A DNA stretch of 64,000 nt from an uncultured Pseudomonadota bacterium (GTDB lineage: Bacteria > Myxococcota_A > Polyangia > Fen-1088): contig CAWFVU010000007.1 of NCBI GenBank assembly GCA_963819375.1, forward strand, positions 706,768-770,767. The letters run 5' to 3'. The first letter of the stretch is position 1, and every line of letters begins with the position of its first letter. Below, one piece after another: positions 18,683-27,692 of the stretch. Under the pieces are notes generated by a model. That model had not been told where the DNA came from and did not search any database. It worked only from the letters and a program-made list of their open reading frames with translations. A program made the position numbers and the translations under genes.

Positions 18683-20893
18683 TCAGGGCGTGTCGATGAT
18701 GATCGGCGGCGGCGGCGGCGGTGGCGGCGGCACGGGCGGCGGCGTCGTCGTCGGCGTTGGCGGCGAGCTCGGTGCGCCGGGCGGCGGCACCACCGGCGGC
18801 TCCGGCGTGGTCGAATCCGGCTGGATACAGGCCGACAGATCGAAGAACAGGAACTCCATCGCCTTGGCCTGCCCGGAGAGGCCGGTCGCCTTGCACCCGT
18901 TCGGGAACTGATACTTGGGATCGGAGTCATCGCTGCTGCCGCCGCCGGGCGGCGGCGCGTTCTTGACGTGGATGTCCGTGAGCACGACGCGCCCGCATTG
19001 ATTGTCGGGCGTCGCCTCGACCGGCGTGTTGATCGTCAGGTACTGAACCGACGGGGCGGCCACGCCGGAGACCGTGTTGGCCGGGATGTAGAGCCACTGC
19101 TGCGAGGTCGGGGGCATGGTCGACTGCACGGAGTGCTGGCTGCCGTAAAGCGCGATCGAGCCCGGCGTGGTCGTCGCGCCGGTGCTGGTCATCCACTGTC
19201 CGAGCGCCGCGCCCTTGGGGAAGGTGGTGTCGATCGTCGCGGTCACGCTCGCCGGCGGCTTCGGGAAATCATTCTGGGCGCCGAGATAGACCGCCGTCTG
19301 CGGCCAGGGCGTCGGCCCGTTGCGGAGCCAATAGAAGTGCAGGTGTGAATTGAAGAGGCGCCCGCCCGAATCGGCGTATTTCTTGATGTTGGCGATGTAG
19401 GGCTTCTTGGCGTCGGGGTACTGCCCCCCCTCGCAGGAGTGCATGAGGATGTCGTAGCCGAGCAGCTTGGTGGTGTTCGACCAGAGCGTTTGCGCGTCCG
19501 GGAAGGTCGCGCCACCGAGCGCGGCCCCGAAGGTCGCCGTCCCCTGCCCGTTCCCCGGGCCGTCGCCGCCCACGTACAGGTTCACGCGCCCGTTCCCCGC
19601 GTCGGTGGTGAACTCGCTGTCGGCGATCCCAATCTCGCGCAGGAAGCACTCGATGGCGTCGGAGCCGCCGGTGGTGACCGCGATCTTGGGCATGTGCCCC
19701 TCCGACTGCGTGCGCGGCAGGCGCGTCAGGTTGACGTCGGTGATCGGGTTGTCGACGCAGGAGGTGACGGTGGGGATGGTCACCTGGCGGCGCCACTTGC
19801 CGACCTGCATGACCAGCGGGATGTTGGTTCCCGAGGGGACGCCGGTCAGGTGGAACGCGCCCGTCGCGTCGGTCAGCCCGGCGGCGACGGGATGACCCGA
19901 GACCTGCGCGCTGCACTTGTCGCAGGAGACGCCCTCGGGAATGGCGTCGAGCGCCGTGTTCGGAATGTAGACGGTGACGTTGTAGAGCGGGACCTTGCCG
20001 GCCGGGTCGTACACCTTGCCGGAGAGCGACGTCGTCGCCGTCCCCGTGCAGGTCGCGACCTGGCACTGGAGCCCGGTGCAGCCGCCGCCGGTCGAGGAGC
20101 CGGGGCAGACGTTGGCCGTTCCCCCGGCGCCGCAGGTCATGCCGTTGCTGCAAGAGCCACAGTTGAGCACGCCGCCGCACCCGTCGCCGATGCTGCCGCA
20201 GTACTGCCCGCCCATCGGCGTGCAGGTGACCGGCGTGCAGTTGGGGTCGACGCAGAGGCTGGCGACGCCGCCCGACCCGCAGGCCATGCCGCCGGGGCAG
20301 CTGCCGCAATCGAGCGTCCCGCCGCAGCCGTCACCGATCTTTCCACAGTACAGAGTGCCCGTGGCCGGGTTGCACGTCAGCGGGACGCAGCCCGGCGAGG
20401 CGCAGATCCCCGAGCTGCACTGCATGCTCGACGAGCAGCTGCCGCAGGTCAGCGTGCGTCCGCAGCCGTCGCCGATGCTGCCGCAGTAGCTGCCGCAGGC
20501 GATCGCCGGGCAGCTCGCGCCGCCGATGCAGATCCCGTTGGTGCAGGTGTAGCCGGTCTGGCAAGCGCCGCAATCGACCGAGCCGCCCGGGCAACCGTTG
20601 CCGATCTTTCCGCAGTAGGTTCCGCCGGGCTGCGTGCAGGTGGTGACGGTCGGGACGCACGCGGCGTCGGAGGCGCCGGCGTCGGTTCCAATCCCTCCGC
20701 CCGTCGCGCTGGACCCGCCCGAGCCCGTCGTCCTCGAACCACCACTCCCCGCGGTTCCCGGACCGGAGCCTCCGGTGCCCGTCACTGCGGCGTCGGTGCC
20801 GGTCGCCTTCTGCTTGACCCCTGCACAGGCGGCCAGCAACACGGCAAAGACAGTCAACAAAAACGGGGTTCGGGGGGCGCGCGACTTACCCAT
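18683..20893 (-). CDS. large secreted lipoprotein with Cys-rich repeats, a carboxypeptidase-regulatory-like segment and a polyproline C-terminus
   Basis: ORF 18683..20893. Lipobox LLAACAG and a Gly/Ser/Thr linker. Four Cys-rich repeats, then SGKVYDPAGKVPLYNVTVYIP and ATGAFHLTGVPSG. The tail reads PPVVPPPGAPSSPPTPTTTPPPVPPPPPPPPPIIIDTP. Confidence 0.8.
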   Translation of the reverse strand: MGKSRAPRTPFLLTVFAVLLAACAGVKQKATGTDAAVTGTGGSGPGTAGSGGSRTTGSGGSSATGGGIGTDAGASDAACVPTVTTCTQPGGTYCGKIGNGCPGGSVDCGACQTGYTCTNGICIGGASCPAIACGSYCGSIGDGCGRTLTCGSCSSSMQCSSGICASPGCVPLTCNPATGTLYCGKIGDGCGGTLDCGSCPGGMACGSGGVASLCVDPNCTPVTCTPMGGQYCGSIGDGCGGVLNCGSCSNGMTCGAGGTANVCPGSSTGGGCTGLQCQVATCTGTATTSLSGKVYDPAGKVPLYNVTVYIPNTALDAIPEGVSCDKCSAQVSGHPVAAGLTDATGAFHLTGVPSGTNIPLVMQVGKWRRQVTIPTVTSCVDNPITDVNLTRLPRTQSEGHMPKIAVTTGGSDAIECFLREIGIADSEFTTDAGNGRVNLYVGGDGPGNGQGTATFGAALGGATFPDAQTLWSNTTKLLGYDILMHSCEGGQYPDAKKPYIANIKKYADSGGRLFNSHLHFYWLRNGPTPWPQTAVYLGAQNDFPKPPASVTATIDTTFPKGAALGQWMTSTGATTTPGSIALYGSQHSVQSTMPPTSQQWLYIPANTVSGVAAPSVQYLTINTPVEATPDNQCGRVVLTDIHVKNAPPPGGGSSDDSDPKYQFPNGCKATGLSGQAKAMEFLFFDLSACIQPDSTTPEPPVVPPPGAPSSPPTPTTTPPPVPPPPPPPPPIIIDTP
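20102..20659 (-). repeat. four ~45-residue Cys-rich protein repeats (consensus C..(T)C....YCG.IGDGCG..L.CG.C..G..C)
   Basis: Residues ~79-264 of the 736-aa protein. Repeats centre on YCGKIGNGCPGGSVDCGAC, YCGSIGDGCGRTLTCGSC, YCGKIGDGCGGTLDCGSC and YCGSIGDGCGGVLNCGSC. Confidence 0.85.
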
Positions 20894-20947
20894 CGTGAAA
20901 ATGGGTGTCCGGCGGGGTCCGCGGCGGCTCGCCCGCCCGGAGGCGGA

Positions 20948-23221
20948 CTACCGCCGACTTGCGCCGGCCTGCACGATGGCGCCCGATGCGACCGACCAGG
21001 TGATCGTCCCGCCCGTGAAGCGGCAGCTGCGCCCGCCGCCCGGGGCCGGCTCTTCATCGCCAATCGGATAGCCGAGCGGGCCGGTCGGGCCGCCCTGGCC
21101 GAGCCAGCGGTCGCGGATATCGCCGGTCACGATGTGCGCTCCTGTAGGTTGCGACCAGTAGATCGAGGAAGCGAACGGCGTCCCCAGCCCCAGCCACGGG
21201 TGGGTCGGCGCGGGTGACGGCGCGCGCACGTAGTGGCGCACGGCGACGGTCGACGGCACGTCGCCGATGATGACGCCCTGAAAGTCCCGGTACCATCCGC
21301 CCGCGGCGTCCTGGACCGGACGCGCGTCGAACACCGCTCTTCCCAAAAACCCGCTCTCGCCGCCCGACAGCCGGTATTTCTCGTCGACGGCGGCGCGCCC
21401 GGCCGGCGCGGGGGGCGTGAAGGGGCGTGGTCGGAACAGCGCCGCCAGCCAATCGAGCGCCCGCCTGACGCGCGACCGAGGCGCGGCCTCCGCGCGCAGA
21501 CCGTAGACCACGACCTTGCCCGAGAGCGTCGCCCGGATGACGCGCCCGCTGGCAATCGTCGGCGGCGTGAACTTGGCGAACAGGTAGCCGCCGTCGTCGT
21601 GCCAGAGCTCGCCCAGCGTCGTGGCGTCGAACGCCGCCAGCCGCCCCGGCACGTTCTGCCACTGCCCGTCGCCGAGCGGATACGAGACCCAGAGGATTCC
21701 GTCGTGGTCGCCGTCGGCGGACAGTGAGCTGAACCCGCCCGACATTCCTTCCACCGCCCGGACGGACGAGGTGAGGAACGGCCGCTCGTCGAGGTGGTGC
21801 GTCGTGGTGTCGTAGCGAAACGCCTTGAGATAGTCGCGCCCCGCCATCTGGTAGAGGAGCCCGTAACCGCGACCGGCCGCGGACCAGAAGACAGGGCCGC
21901 CGTTGGCGTTGGGGCCGCAGTCCTCGCCGTCCTGGTAGCGCGCGGGGGCCACGTAGCAGCCGGGGACGGCGGCGGTGTCGCAGTTCGTGGGGAAGGTCGA
22001 GCGGGGCTGCGTCGCGCAGGCGGGCGCGCGCGGATCGGCGTGATACGAGTTCACGAACGCCTGGAAGCCTTCGGCCTGGCTGGGCGCCGGCGGGCCTTCC
22101 GACTGATTTTGCGAGAGCGCGAGCGTGCGCGCGTCGAGCACCTCGTAGCGCCCCTCCTTGCCGCCGCCGACGATGAGGCCGGGGGGCAGCCAGAGCGGGC
22201 CGCCCGAGCCGAGATCGCTGTCGGTGCGATCGAGCGTGTTGTGATTGAGCGGCTGGTGCGCGGCCGCCAGCGTCAGCCCCGGCGGCGCATCAGCGGTCTG
22301 CAGCGCGACGAACGCGTCGCCGAGCGCGCCGGGGCCGTTGCCGGTCATGACGTAGAGCCGATCGCCCACGCCGGCCGGACCGCTGCCCCCTTGCCAGATC
22401 CCGGCGCGCCCGCGATCGGCGCCGGTCGAGAAGACCGCCACCTCGGCCAGATCCGCCGCGCGGTAGCCGGCGATCCAGCCGCGGTAGGGGGACCCGTCGG
22501 GACAGTCACGGTCACAGGCCAGGCTGCCGAAGGCGACGTAGACGACGCCGTTCAAGAGCAGGAGCGCCGGGCGGTTGCGCTGGCAGTCGGCGCTGAACCT
22601 GACGTCGCGGCGTTGCGGCGAGCTTCGGTCGACCGGCGCGATCCGGACCGGCGGGCGGCGGTCGCGCAGCTCGGCGGTCAGATCGAGCGCGTGCAGATAG
22701 TACTGGTGGTCGGCGGCGTTGCGGGCCACCGCGTAGAGTGTCCGCGTGGCGGCGTCGACGACGGGGGTGCCGGTGATGCCGACCCGCTGCGAGGGCGTCT
22801 CGCCGCAGATCGCCGGGACCACCCGGCCGCTCGGTTGCAGCTGCCGCTTTGCGAGGGGCGGGGTCGCCGGATCCGGGCTGGCGTCGTCGAGATCGAAGGC
22901 GTAGACCCAGTTGGTCTCCGTCGCCACGAGCAGAAGATCGCGACGGCCGTGGCTGGAGGTCGGCACCCCGTGCAGGACCAGCGGCTGCGCGACGATGCCC
23001 CCGTCGACGTCGCGTTCGAAGCGGCGCCCGAAGGCGCCGCCCGCGACCAGCGGCGGCTTGAGCGCGGTCTCGACCAGCGTCGCGCCCGAGCGCGCGCCGT
23101 CGTTGTGGTGGGTCAGGACGTCTGCGGCGCTTGCGAGCGCGCCTTGCCGGGCGCAGGCCGCGAACCCGAGCGCGATCAGCGCGGCGACGAGCCGTCGGGC
23201 CTGAGCCACCGCCTGAGTCAT
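20948..23221 (-). CDS. secreted beta-propeller-like protein with C-terminal LGFP repeats
   Basis: Within ORF 20948..23257. ATG at 23221 gives MTQAVAQARRLVAALIALGFAACA (lipobox). VLTHHNDGARSGATLVETALKP is typical of PQQ-like/beta-propeller secreted proteins. C-terminus carries LGFP-type repeats (SGFLGRAV..., WLGQGGPTGPLGYPIGDE). Alternative starts at 23233 and 23257. Confidence 0.75.
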   Translation of the reverse strand: MTQAVAQARRLVAALIALGFAACARQGALASAADVLTHHNDGARSGATLVETALKPPLVAGGAFGRRFERDVDGGIVAQPLVLHGVPTSSHGRRDLLLVATETNWVYAFDLDDASPDPATPPLAKRQLQPSGRVVPAICGETPSQRVGITGTPVVDAATRTLYAVARNAADHQYYLHALDLTAELRDRRPPVRIAPVDRSSPQRRDVRFSADCQRNRPALLLLNGVVYVAFGSLACDRDCPDGSPYRGWIAGYRAADLAEVAVFSTGADRGRAGIWQGGSGPAGVGDRLYVMTGNGPGALGDAFVALQTADAPPGLTLAAAHQPLNHNTLDRTDSDLGSGGPLWLPPGLIVGGGKEGRYEVLDARTLALSQNQSEGPPAPSQAEGFQAFVNSYHADPRAPACATQPRSTFPTNCDTAAVPGCYVAPARYQDGEDCGPNANGGPVFWSAAGRGYGLLYQMAGRDYLKAFRYDTTTHHLDERPFLTSSVRAVEGMSGGFSSLSADGDHDGILWVSYPLGDGQWQNVPGRLAAFDATTLGELWHDDGGYLFAKFTPPTIASGRVIRATLSGKVVVYGLRAEAAPRSRVRRALDWLAALFRPRPFTPPAPAGRAAVDEKYRLSGGESGFLGRAVFDARPVQDAAGGWYRDFQGVIIGDVPSTVAVRHYVRAPSPAPTHPWLGLGTPFASSIYWSQPTGAHIVTGDIRDRWLGQGGPTGPLGYPIGDEEPAPGGGRSCRFTGGTITWSVASGAIVQAGASRR

Positions 23222-23231
23222 ACTGGCCGTC

Positions 23232-23888
23232 ATGAAGCTGGAGCTGGTGAGCCACACGCTCTGCCCCTACGTGCACCGCGCGGCAGCGATGATGCACGAA
23301 AAAGGCGCTCCCTTCGAGCGGCGGTACATCGACCTGCGGGCCAAGCCCGATTGGTTCCTGGCGATCTCGCCGCGGGGAAAGGTGCCGGTGCTGCTGGTCG
23401 ACGGCCAGGCGCTGTTCGAGTCCCAGGCGATCATCGAGTTCCTCGACGAGACGCACCCGCCGTCGCTCCTGGGGACGGATCCCTTCGCACGGGCGCGCCA
23501 GCGGGCCTGGGTCGAGGTGGCCAACGATCTCTCGAACGCACAGTACCGGCTCTTCATCGCGCCGTCGCTGGAGGAGCAGCAGCCAGCGGCCGAGGCGCTG
23601 GCGGCGATCACCGGCCGTTACGAGGAGGCGCTCACCGACGGCGTGATCGCCGCCGATGGGTTCGGCCTGGCGCACCTGGCGCTCGCGTCCTCGGCGCTGC
23701 GCTTCGCCGTCGTCGAGAAAGAGCTGGGGGTGCGGGTGTTGCCGGCGGCGCCCCGGTTCGACAAGCTGGTGCACCGCCTGGCAGAGCGGCCTTCGATCGT
23801 CCAAACGGTCCCCGACGACTACGCCGAGATCTTCATCCGCAAGCTGATCGAGCGGCACAGCCTCTTCACCGCCTCGACCCGGCGTTAA
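23232..23888 (+). CDS. glutathione S-transferase family protein
   Basis: ORF 23232..23888. Thioredoxin-like N-domain with CPYV, then KVPVLLVDGQALFESQAIIEFLDE. Helical C-domain. Confidence 0.85.
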   Translation: MKLELVSHTLCPYVHRAAAMMHEKGAPFERRYIDLRAKPDWFLAISPRGKVPVLLVDGQALFESQAIIEFLDETHPPSLLGTDPFARARQRAWVEVANDLSNAQYRLFIAPSLEEQQPAAEALAAITGRYEEALTDGVIAADGFGLAHLALASSALRFAVVEKELGVRVLPAAPRFDKLVHRLAERPSIVQTVPDDYAEIFIRKLIERHSLFTASTRR

Positions 23889-24018
23889 AAGGCGGCGCCA
23901 TCTGAGGGTCCTGATCTAAAAGACGACCGGCAGATCGAACAGCCTGCACCCTGAGGCGAGCCCTCTCCGCCGAACCGGGTCTTGCCCCGCGCCGACCGGC
24001 GCCGCGAATCCTCTTGGA

Positions 24019-25554
24019 CTAGAGGCCGGGCAGCGGGCCGGTGAAGTCCGACTTGTTCGGCTGCGTTCCGAAGGTGTTCACCTCGACGCCGAACATGTTC
24101 GCGATCGACACCAGCAGGTGGTTGTTGGTGATCGGCGTGTAGTCGGTCGGGGAGACGCCGTCGGTGGGGCCGCACCAGAGGTTGGTGCTCGGACAGTCGG
24201 GCGTCATCTTCAGACGACGGCCCATCGTGATGAGGCCGTTGGCGCCGCCGGCCAGGACCGTCGGCGCGTTGCGCGTGCTGTGCCGCGCCGGATTGCCCAT
24301 GTCGCTCGAGGCGTAGATGAGCGTGTTGTCGAGGACGCCCATCGCGTCGAGCTGCTGCATCAGCGTGGCGATGTTGCCGTAGCAGTACTTGTTGAACTTG
24401 GCGAGCAGCGCCCAGGTGGCGGGCCCTGTCGTCTGTGGGACGAGCGGCTGGCCGTCCCCCCCGACCGGGGAGGCGTCGTAAGGGTGGGCGACCGAGCCGT
24501 GGTTGTCGACCGGCAAGCTGAGCGGGTTCCCCATGTAGGAGAGATCGGCCAGGAAGAGCGTGGCGAACCGGGTGATGTCGCAGGCAAAGGCCTGCGCCAA
24601 AAGCCCGATGTGCGCCTTGGTGATGGCGTCGAAATAGGGCTCACCGCCCTGATAACGGAGCAAGCTGGGGAAGTTGCTCGAGCTCGGCTTGGCCGGCACC
24701 GTGCAGTTCGAGCCCATGATGCTGGTGGCCGCGAACCCCTTCTTCAGATCGCTGAGCGCGTCCAGGTGGGCCTGCAGCTTCTGCTGCTCCGGTGCGGCGA
24801 GCTTTCCGTACAGGCTCTGCACGTCGCTGTAAGCAGAGGTCGCCACAGCAGTGCCGAGCTGTTGCTGCCGCAGGAGCGCCGCCTGCGCCGCGGCGTTGTT
24901 GGGTGCGGCGAAGTTCCCGAACAGCGCCGTGTAGGCCTGGACCGGGTCGGGGATCTTGGGGAGCGCAATCCCCCCCTTGCTGTAGGAGAGCGTCGTCCCG
25001 GATTGCGTGTTGTTGTCCCCGACGCCCAGCTGAATGCTGGTGATCGGCGTCGACGCCCCGAGGTTGTTTTCGACGGCCAGGAACTGATCGATCGACGAGT
25101 TGGCCGGCTTGAGCGCCGATTCGTCGATGGTGCTGCCGGTGAAGATCGTCCCGGCCGAATTGTGACCGTTGGCGTTCGAGAGGTGATCGATCCCCTCGAT
25201 GATGGTGACCTTGTTCTTGTAGCTCTTGCCGTAGGTCGTCGCGTCGTCGAAGGGCTGGAGCGAGCAGTTGGGATAGGTGATGTTGAAGTTCGTCGAGCTG
25301 GTCACCCCCCCGGAGGTGGTGACGGTGTCGGTCACGCCCCAGGGGACGCCGCTGGGGAAGTTGCCCGAGTACTGCATCGCGAAGTACTCGGCGGCAATGC
25401 CGTGCGGGTGGTAGACGCCGATGAACCGCAGGGGAAGCGTCTCGCCGTAAGCCTTGGCGAAGTGATCCTCGAGCAGCCGATAAAACGGCAGCGCCACCGC
25501 GCCGGCGCCGACGGCGCGCAAGAACGAGCGTCGGCTGGCACTCCGCTTCTTCAC
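24019..25554 (-). CDS. DUF1552 domain protein with Tat-type signal
   Basis: Lower part of track ORF 24019..26526. GTG at 25554 overlaps the stop of the upstream gene (GTGA). N-terminus VKKRSASRRSFLRAVGAGAVALPFY. The remainder (FIGVYHPHGI..., SSDMGNPARHSTRNAP) matches my memory of DUF1552. Confidence 0.85.
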   Translation of the reverse strand: MKKRSASRRSFLRAVGAGAVALPFYRLLEDHFAKAYGETLPLRFIGVYHPHGIAAEYFAMQYSGNFPSGVPWGVTDTVTTSGGVTSSTNFNITYPNCSLQPFDDATTYGKSYKNKVTIIEGIDHLSNANGHNSAGTIFTGSTIDESALKPANSSIDQFLAVENNLGASTPITSIQLGVGDNNTQSGTTLSYSKGGIALPKIPDPVQAYTALFGNFAAPNNAAAQAALLRQQQLGTAVATSAYSDVQSLYGKLAAPEQQKLQAHLDALSDLKKGFAATSIMGSNCTVPAKPSSSNFPSLLRYQGGEPYFDAITKAHIGLLAQAFACDITRFATLFLADLSYMGNPLSLPVDNHGSVAHPYDASPVGGDGQPLVPQTTGPATWALLAKFNKYCYGNIATLMQQLDAMGVLDNTLIYASSDMGNPARHSTRNAPTVLAGGANGLITMGRRLKMTPDCPSTNLWCGPTDGVSPTDYTPITNNHLLVSIANMFGVEVNTFGTQPNKSDFTGPLPGL

Positions 25555-27473
25555 ATCGTCCTCCGTTGCGCGAACAGCGGGCTCCGGATGTAGGCGATCA
25601 GGATCTCCGCGATGTTCCCCTGCTTGTCGGCGCTGAGCTGACTCCAGAGCGACTGGAACGCCATCTCGCTGGGGGTGAGAGCGCCCGTCGCGTCGCTGCG
25701 GCCGGTCGATCCGCGAAACAGCTGCATCGGCGCGCAGCTCGCCACGGTGGGGCTGCTGGCCAGCACCGTCGCCAGCGCGTTGCTGCTGGCGTAGGCCTGA
25801 TCGAGGTCGGTGTTGGTGTTCGCGACCGTCGTGGTGGTATCGATCGGCAGGTACTCGTAGCCGCCGATCGCCTGCGAGCGGGTCGACGTCACCTTCTCCG
25901 TGCCGAGGTGCACGGCGCCCTTCGAGTCGGCGTCGATCGTCCGGTACTCGCCCATGCCGTCGTAGCCCTCGAAGGTGAACCCGAAGGCGTCGATGCTGTC
26001 GTGGCACTTGGCGCAGCCCGAGGTCGTCCCGTGCACGTTGAACAGCGCGCGGGTGGTCTCGGGGTTGGTCGAATCGGGCGCCGGCGGCGGCGGGACGGTG
26101 ATGTTGAGCGTCGAGGGATCGGGGACCGGGATGCAGGCGATCCGCCGCATGACCGCCACGCCACGCAGCACCGGCGCCGAGGTGCTGGCGTGGGCGTAGA
26201 CCGACGAGAAGGCGCCCTGGTTCAGGATGCCGACGCGGGCCCCGCCCTTGGCGCCGGCCAGCGACGTCTCGCCGGAGGCGCTGGTCACGCCGTAGAACTT
26301 CGAGTAGTAGCTGGAGATCGTGCTCGCCGTGAGCGTCGAGGTGGGATTGATGATCGTCCAGGGGGCGCTCAGCAGCTCGTTGACGGTGCCGGTCTTCTTC
26401 TGCAGCACCTCGTTGATGAAGCTGGTGGTCTCGTCGTCCATCACCGCCGCCGCGTTCAGCGAGGTGTAGTCGGGATACCAGTTCGCGTCCTTGGCGATCT
26501 GCCCGATGGCATCGAGACCGAACCACTCCCGCACCAGGCGCACCAGCCGCGCCGGCGCGCCGGCCGCGGCGAGCAGGCGCCGGGCCTGCGTCTCGAGATC
26601 GTCGGGCGAGGCGAGCCCGCCCGAGGCGGCCGCCTGCAGCAGCGTCTGATCGGGAGGCCCGGCGGTCAGCAGATAGGACATCGTGCTGGCGAGCTCATAG
26701 GGGGTCAGCGTCAGGCTCGGATCGGCCGAGGGGGCGTCGGGACCGAGCTCGGTCACGTAGAGAAACCCGGGCGACTGCAGCATCGTTCGGGCGACCAGAT
26801 CGATGCCGTCGTTGTACGGCGAGGCCCCGGTGTCGCCAGTCACCGCGGCCTGATACACCGTGGCCAGGTTGGCCGCTTCGGCCGTGGTGACGGGACGGCG
26901 ATAGACCTGCGCGCCGAACGTGCTCACGAACGTCGCGGCGCAGGCGGCACCCTGCTTGACGGGGTCCGAACAGGCGGAGAGCGCCGCCAGCTTGCCGTTC
27001 CCGCGCGCCTCCGTGACCAGCGCGATGGCGGCGGTGTCGAGATCCTTGGCCATCTGCGAGGCGACGACCTGTCCCTCGTTCAGCGTATAGCCGCTCTGCT
27101 TGGAATCGGCGGAGAAGGCCGACGCGGCCGGCGTCAGCTTCGTGCCCAGCAGCGCCTGCACCGAGGCGTCGTACTCAGCGTTCGTCAGCCGGCGGACGTC
27201 GGCCTGAAGCAACGAGGCGGTGTCGATGCCTCCGCCACCGCCGCTCCCTCCACCGGTGCCGCTTCCGCTTCCGCCGGTGCCGCTTCCGCCTGTGCCGGTG
27301 CTGCTGCCGGTTCCGGTTCCGCTGCCGTTCCCGCCGGTGCCGTTCCCGCTTCCACCGCTTCCGTCTCCGTTGCCGCCCGAGCCGGAGTTCGCGTAGCCAC
27401 GCCCGGCGCAACCGAACGCGGCTGCGCCGACGAACAGCAGCGCGGCGGCAGGGATCTTGAAGCGGCCCACCAT
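25551..27473 (-). CDS. DUF1592/DUF1588/DUF1595-type protein with CxxCH motif, lipoprotein signal
   Basis: Within ORF 25551..27539, with ATG at 27473 (MVGRFKIPAAALLFVGAAAFGCAG). About 60 residues of Gly/Ser/Thr/Asn linker. Later GTTSGCAKCHDSIDAFGFTFEGYDGMG carries a c-type heme-binding-like CAKCH. This architecture is the usual partner of DUF1552. Confidence 0.85.
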   Translation of the reverse strand: MVGRFKIPAAALLFVGAAAFGCAGRGYANSGSGGNGDGSGGSGNGTGGNGSGTGTGSSTGTGGSGTGGSGSGTGGGSGGGGGIDTASLLQADVRRLTNAEYDASVQALLGTKLTPAASAFSADSKQSGYTLNEGQVVASQMAKDLDTAAIALVTEARGNGKLAALSACSDPVKQGAACAATFVSTFGAQVYRRPVTTAEAANLATVYQAAVTGDTGASPYNDGIDLVARTMLQSPGFLYVTELGPDAPSADPSLTLTPYELASTMSYLLTAGPPDQTLLQAAASGGLASPDDLETQARRLLAAAGAPARLVRLVREWFGLDAIGQIAKDANWYPDYTSLNAAAVMDDETTSFINEVLQKKTGTVNELLSAPWTIINPTSTLTASTISSYYSKFYGVTSASGETSLAGAKGGARVGILNQGAFSSVYAHASTSAPVLRGVAVMRRIACIPVPDPSTLNITVPPPPAPDSTNPETTRALFNVHGTTSGCAKCHDSIDAFGFTFEGYDGMGEYRTIDADSKGAVHLGTEKVTSTRSQAIGGYEYLPIDTTTTVANTNTDLDQAYASSNALATVLASSPTVASCAPMQLFRGSTGRSDATGALTPSEMAFQSLWSQLSADKQGNIAEILIAYIRSPLFAQRRTM

Positions 27474-27692
27474 AAGCGAGAGCTGAACAGTACGTTTCGA
27501 AGCAGGACCGCGCAATGGATTATCACGCAGGAGAATCACGCAACTAGCTAATTATACGCGGCTTTCACACATTGACGGAGATGTAGGTTCGAGTGGATTC
27601 GAGGGGTTGCCTCCACCTTGGGGAGCCACGGCATGCCCTGCGGCGTTGCCTCATTAGATGAGCTGACGACGGGGAGCTCGACGGACGACGCG

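Noticed and set aside
27551-27556. Perfect TATAAT on the minus strand upstream of the DUF1592 gene
   Set aside because: It is notable in a high-GC genome, but no acceptable -35 hexamer sits at 16-18 bp (CCGTCA/TCCGTC) and there is no TG extension. I could not support it as a promoter call.
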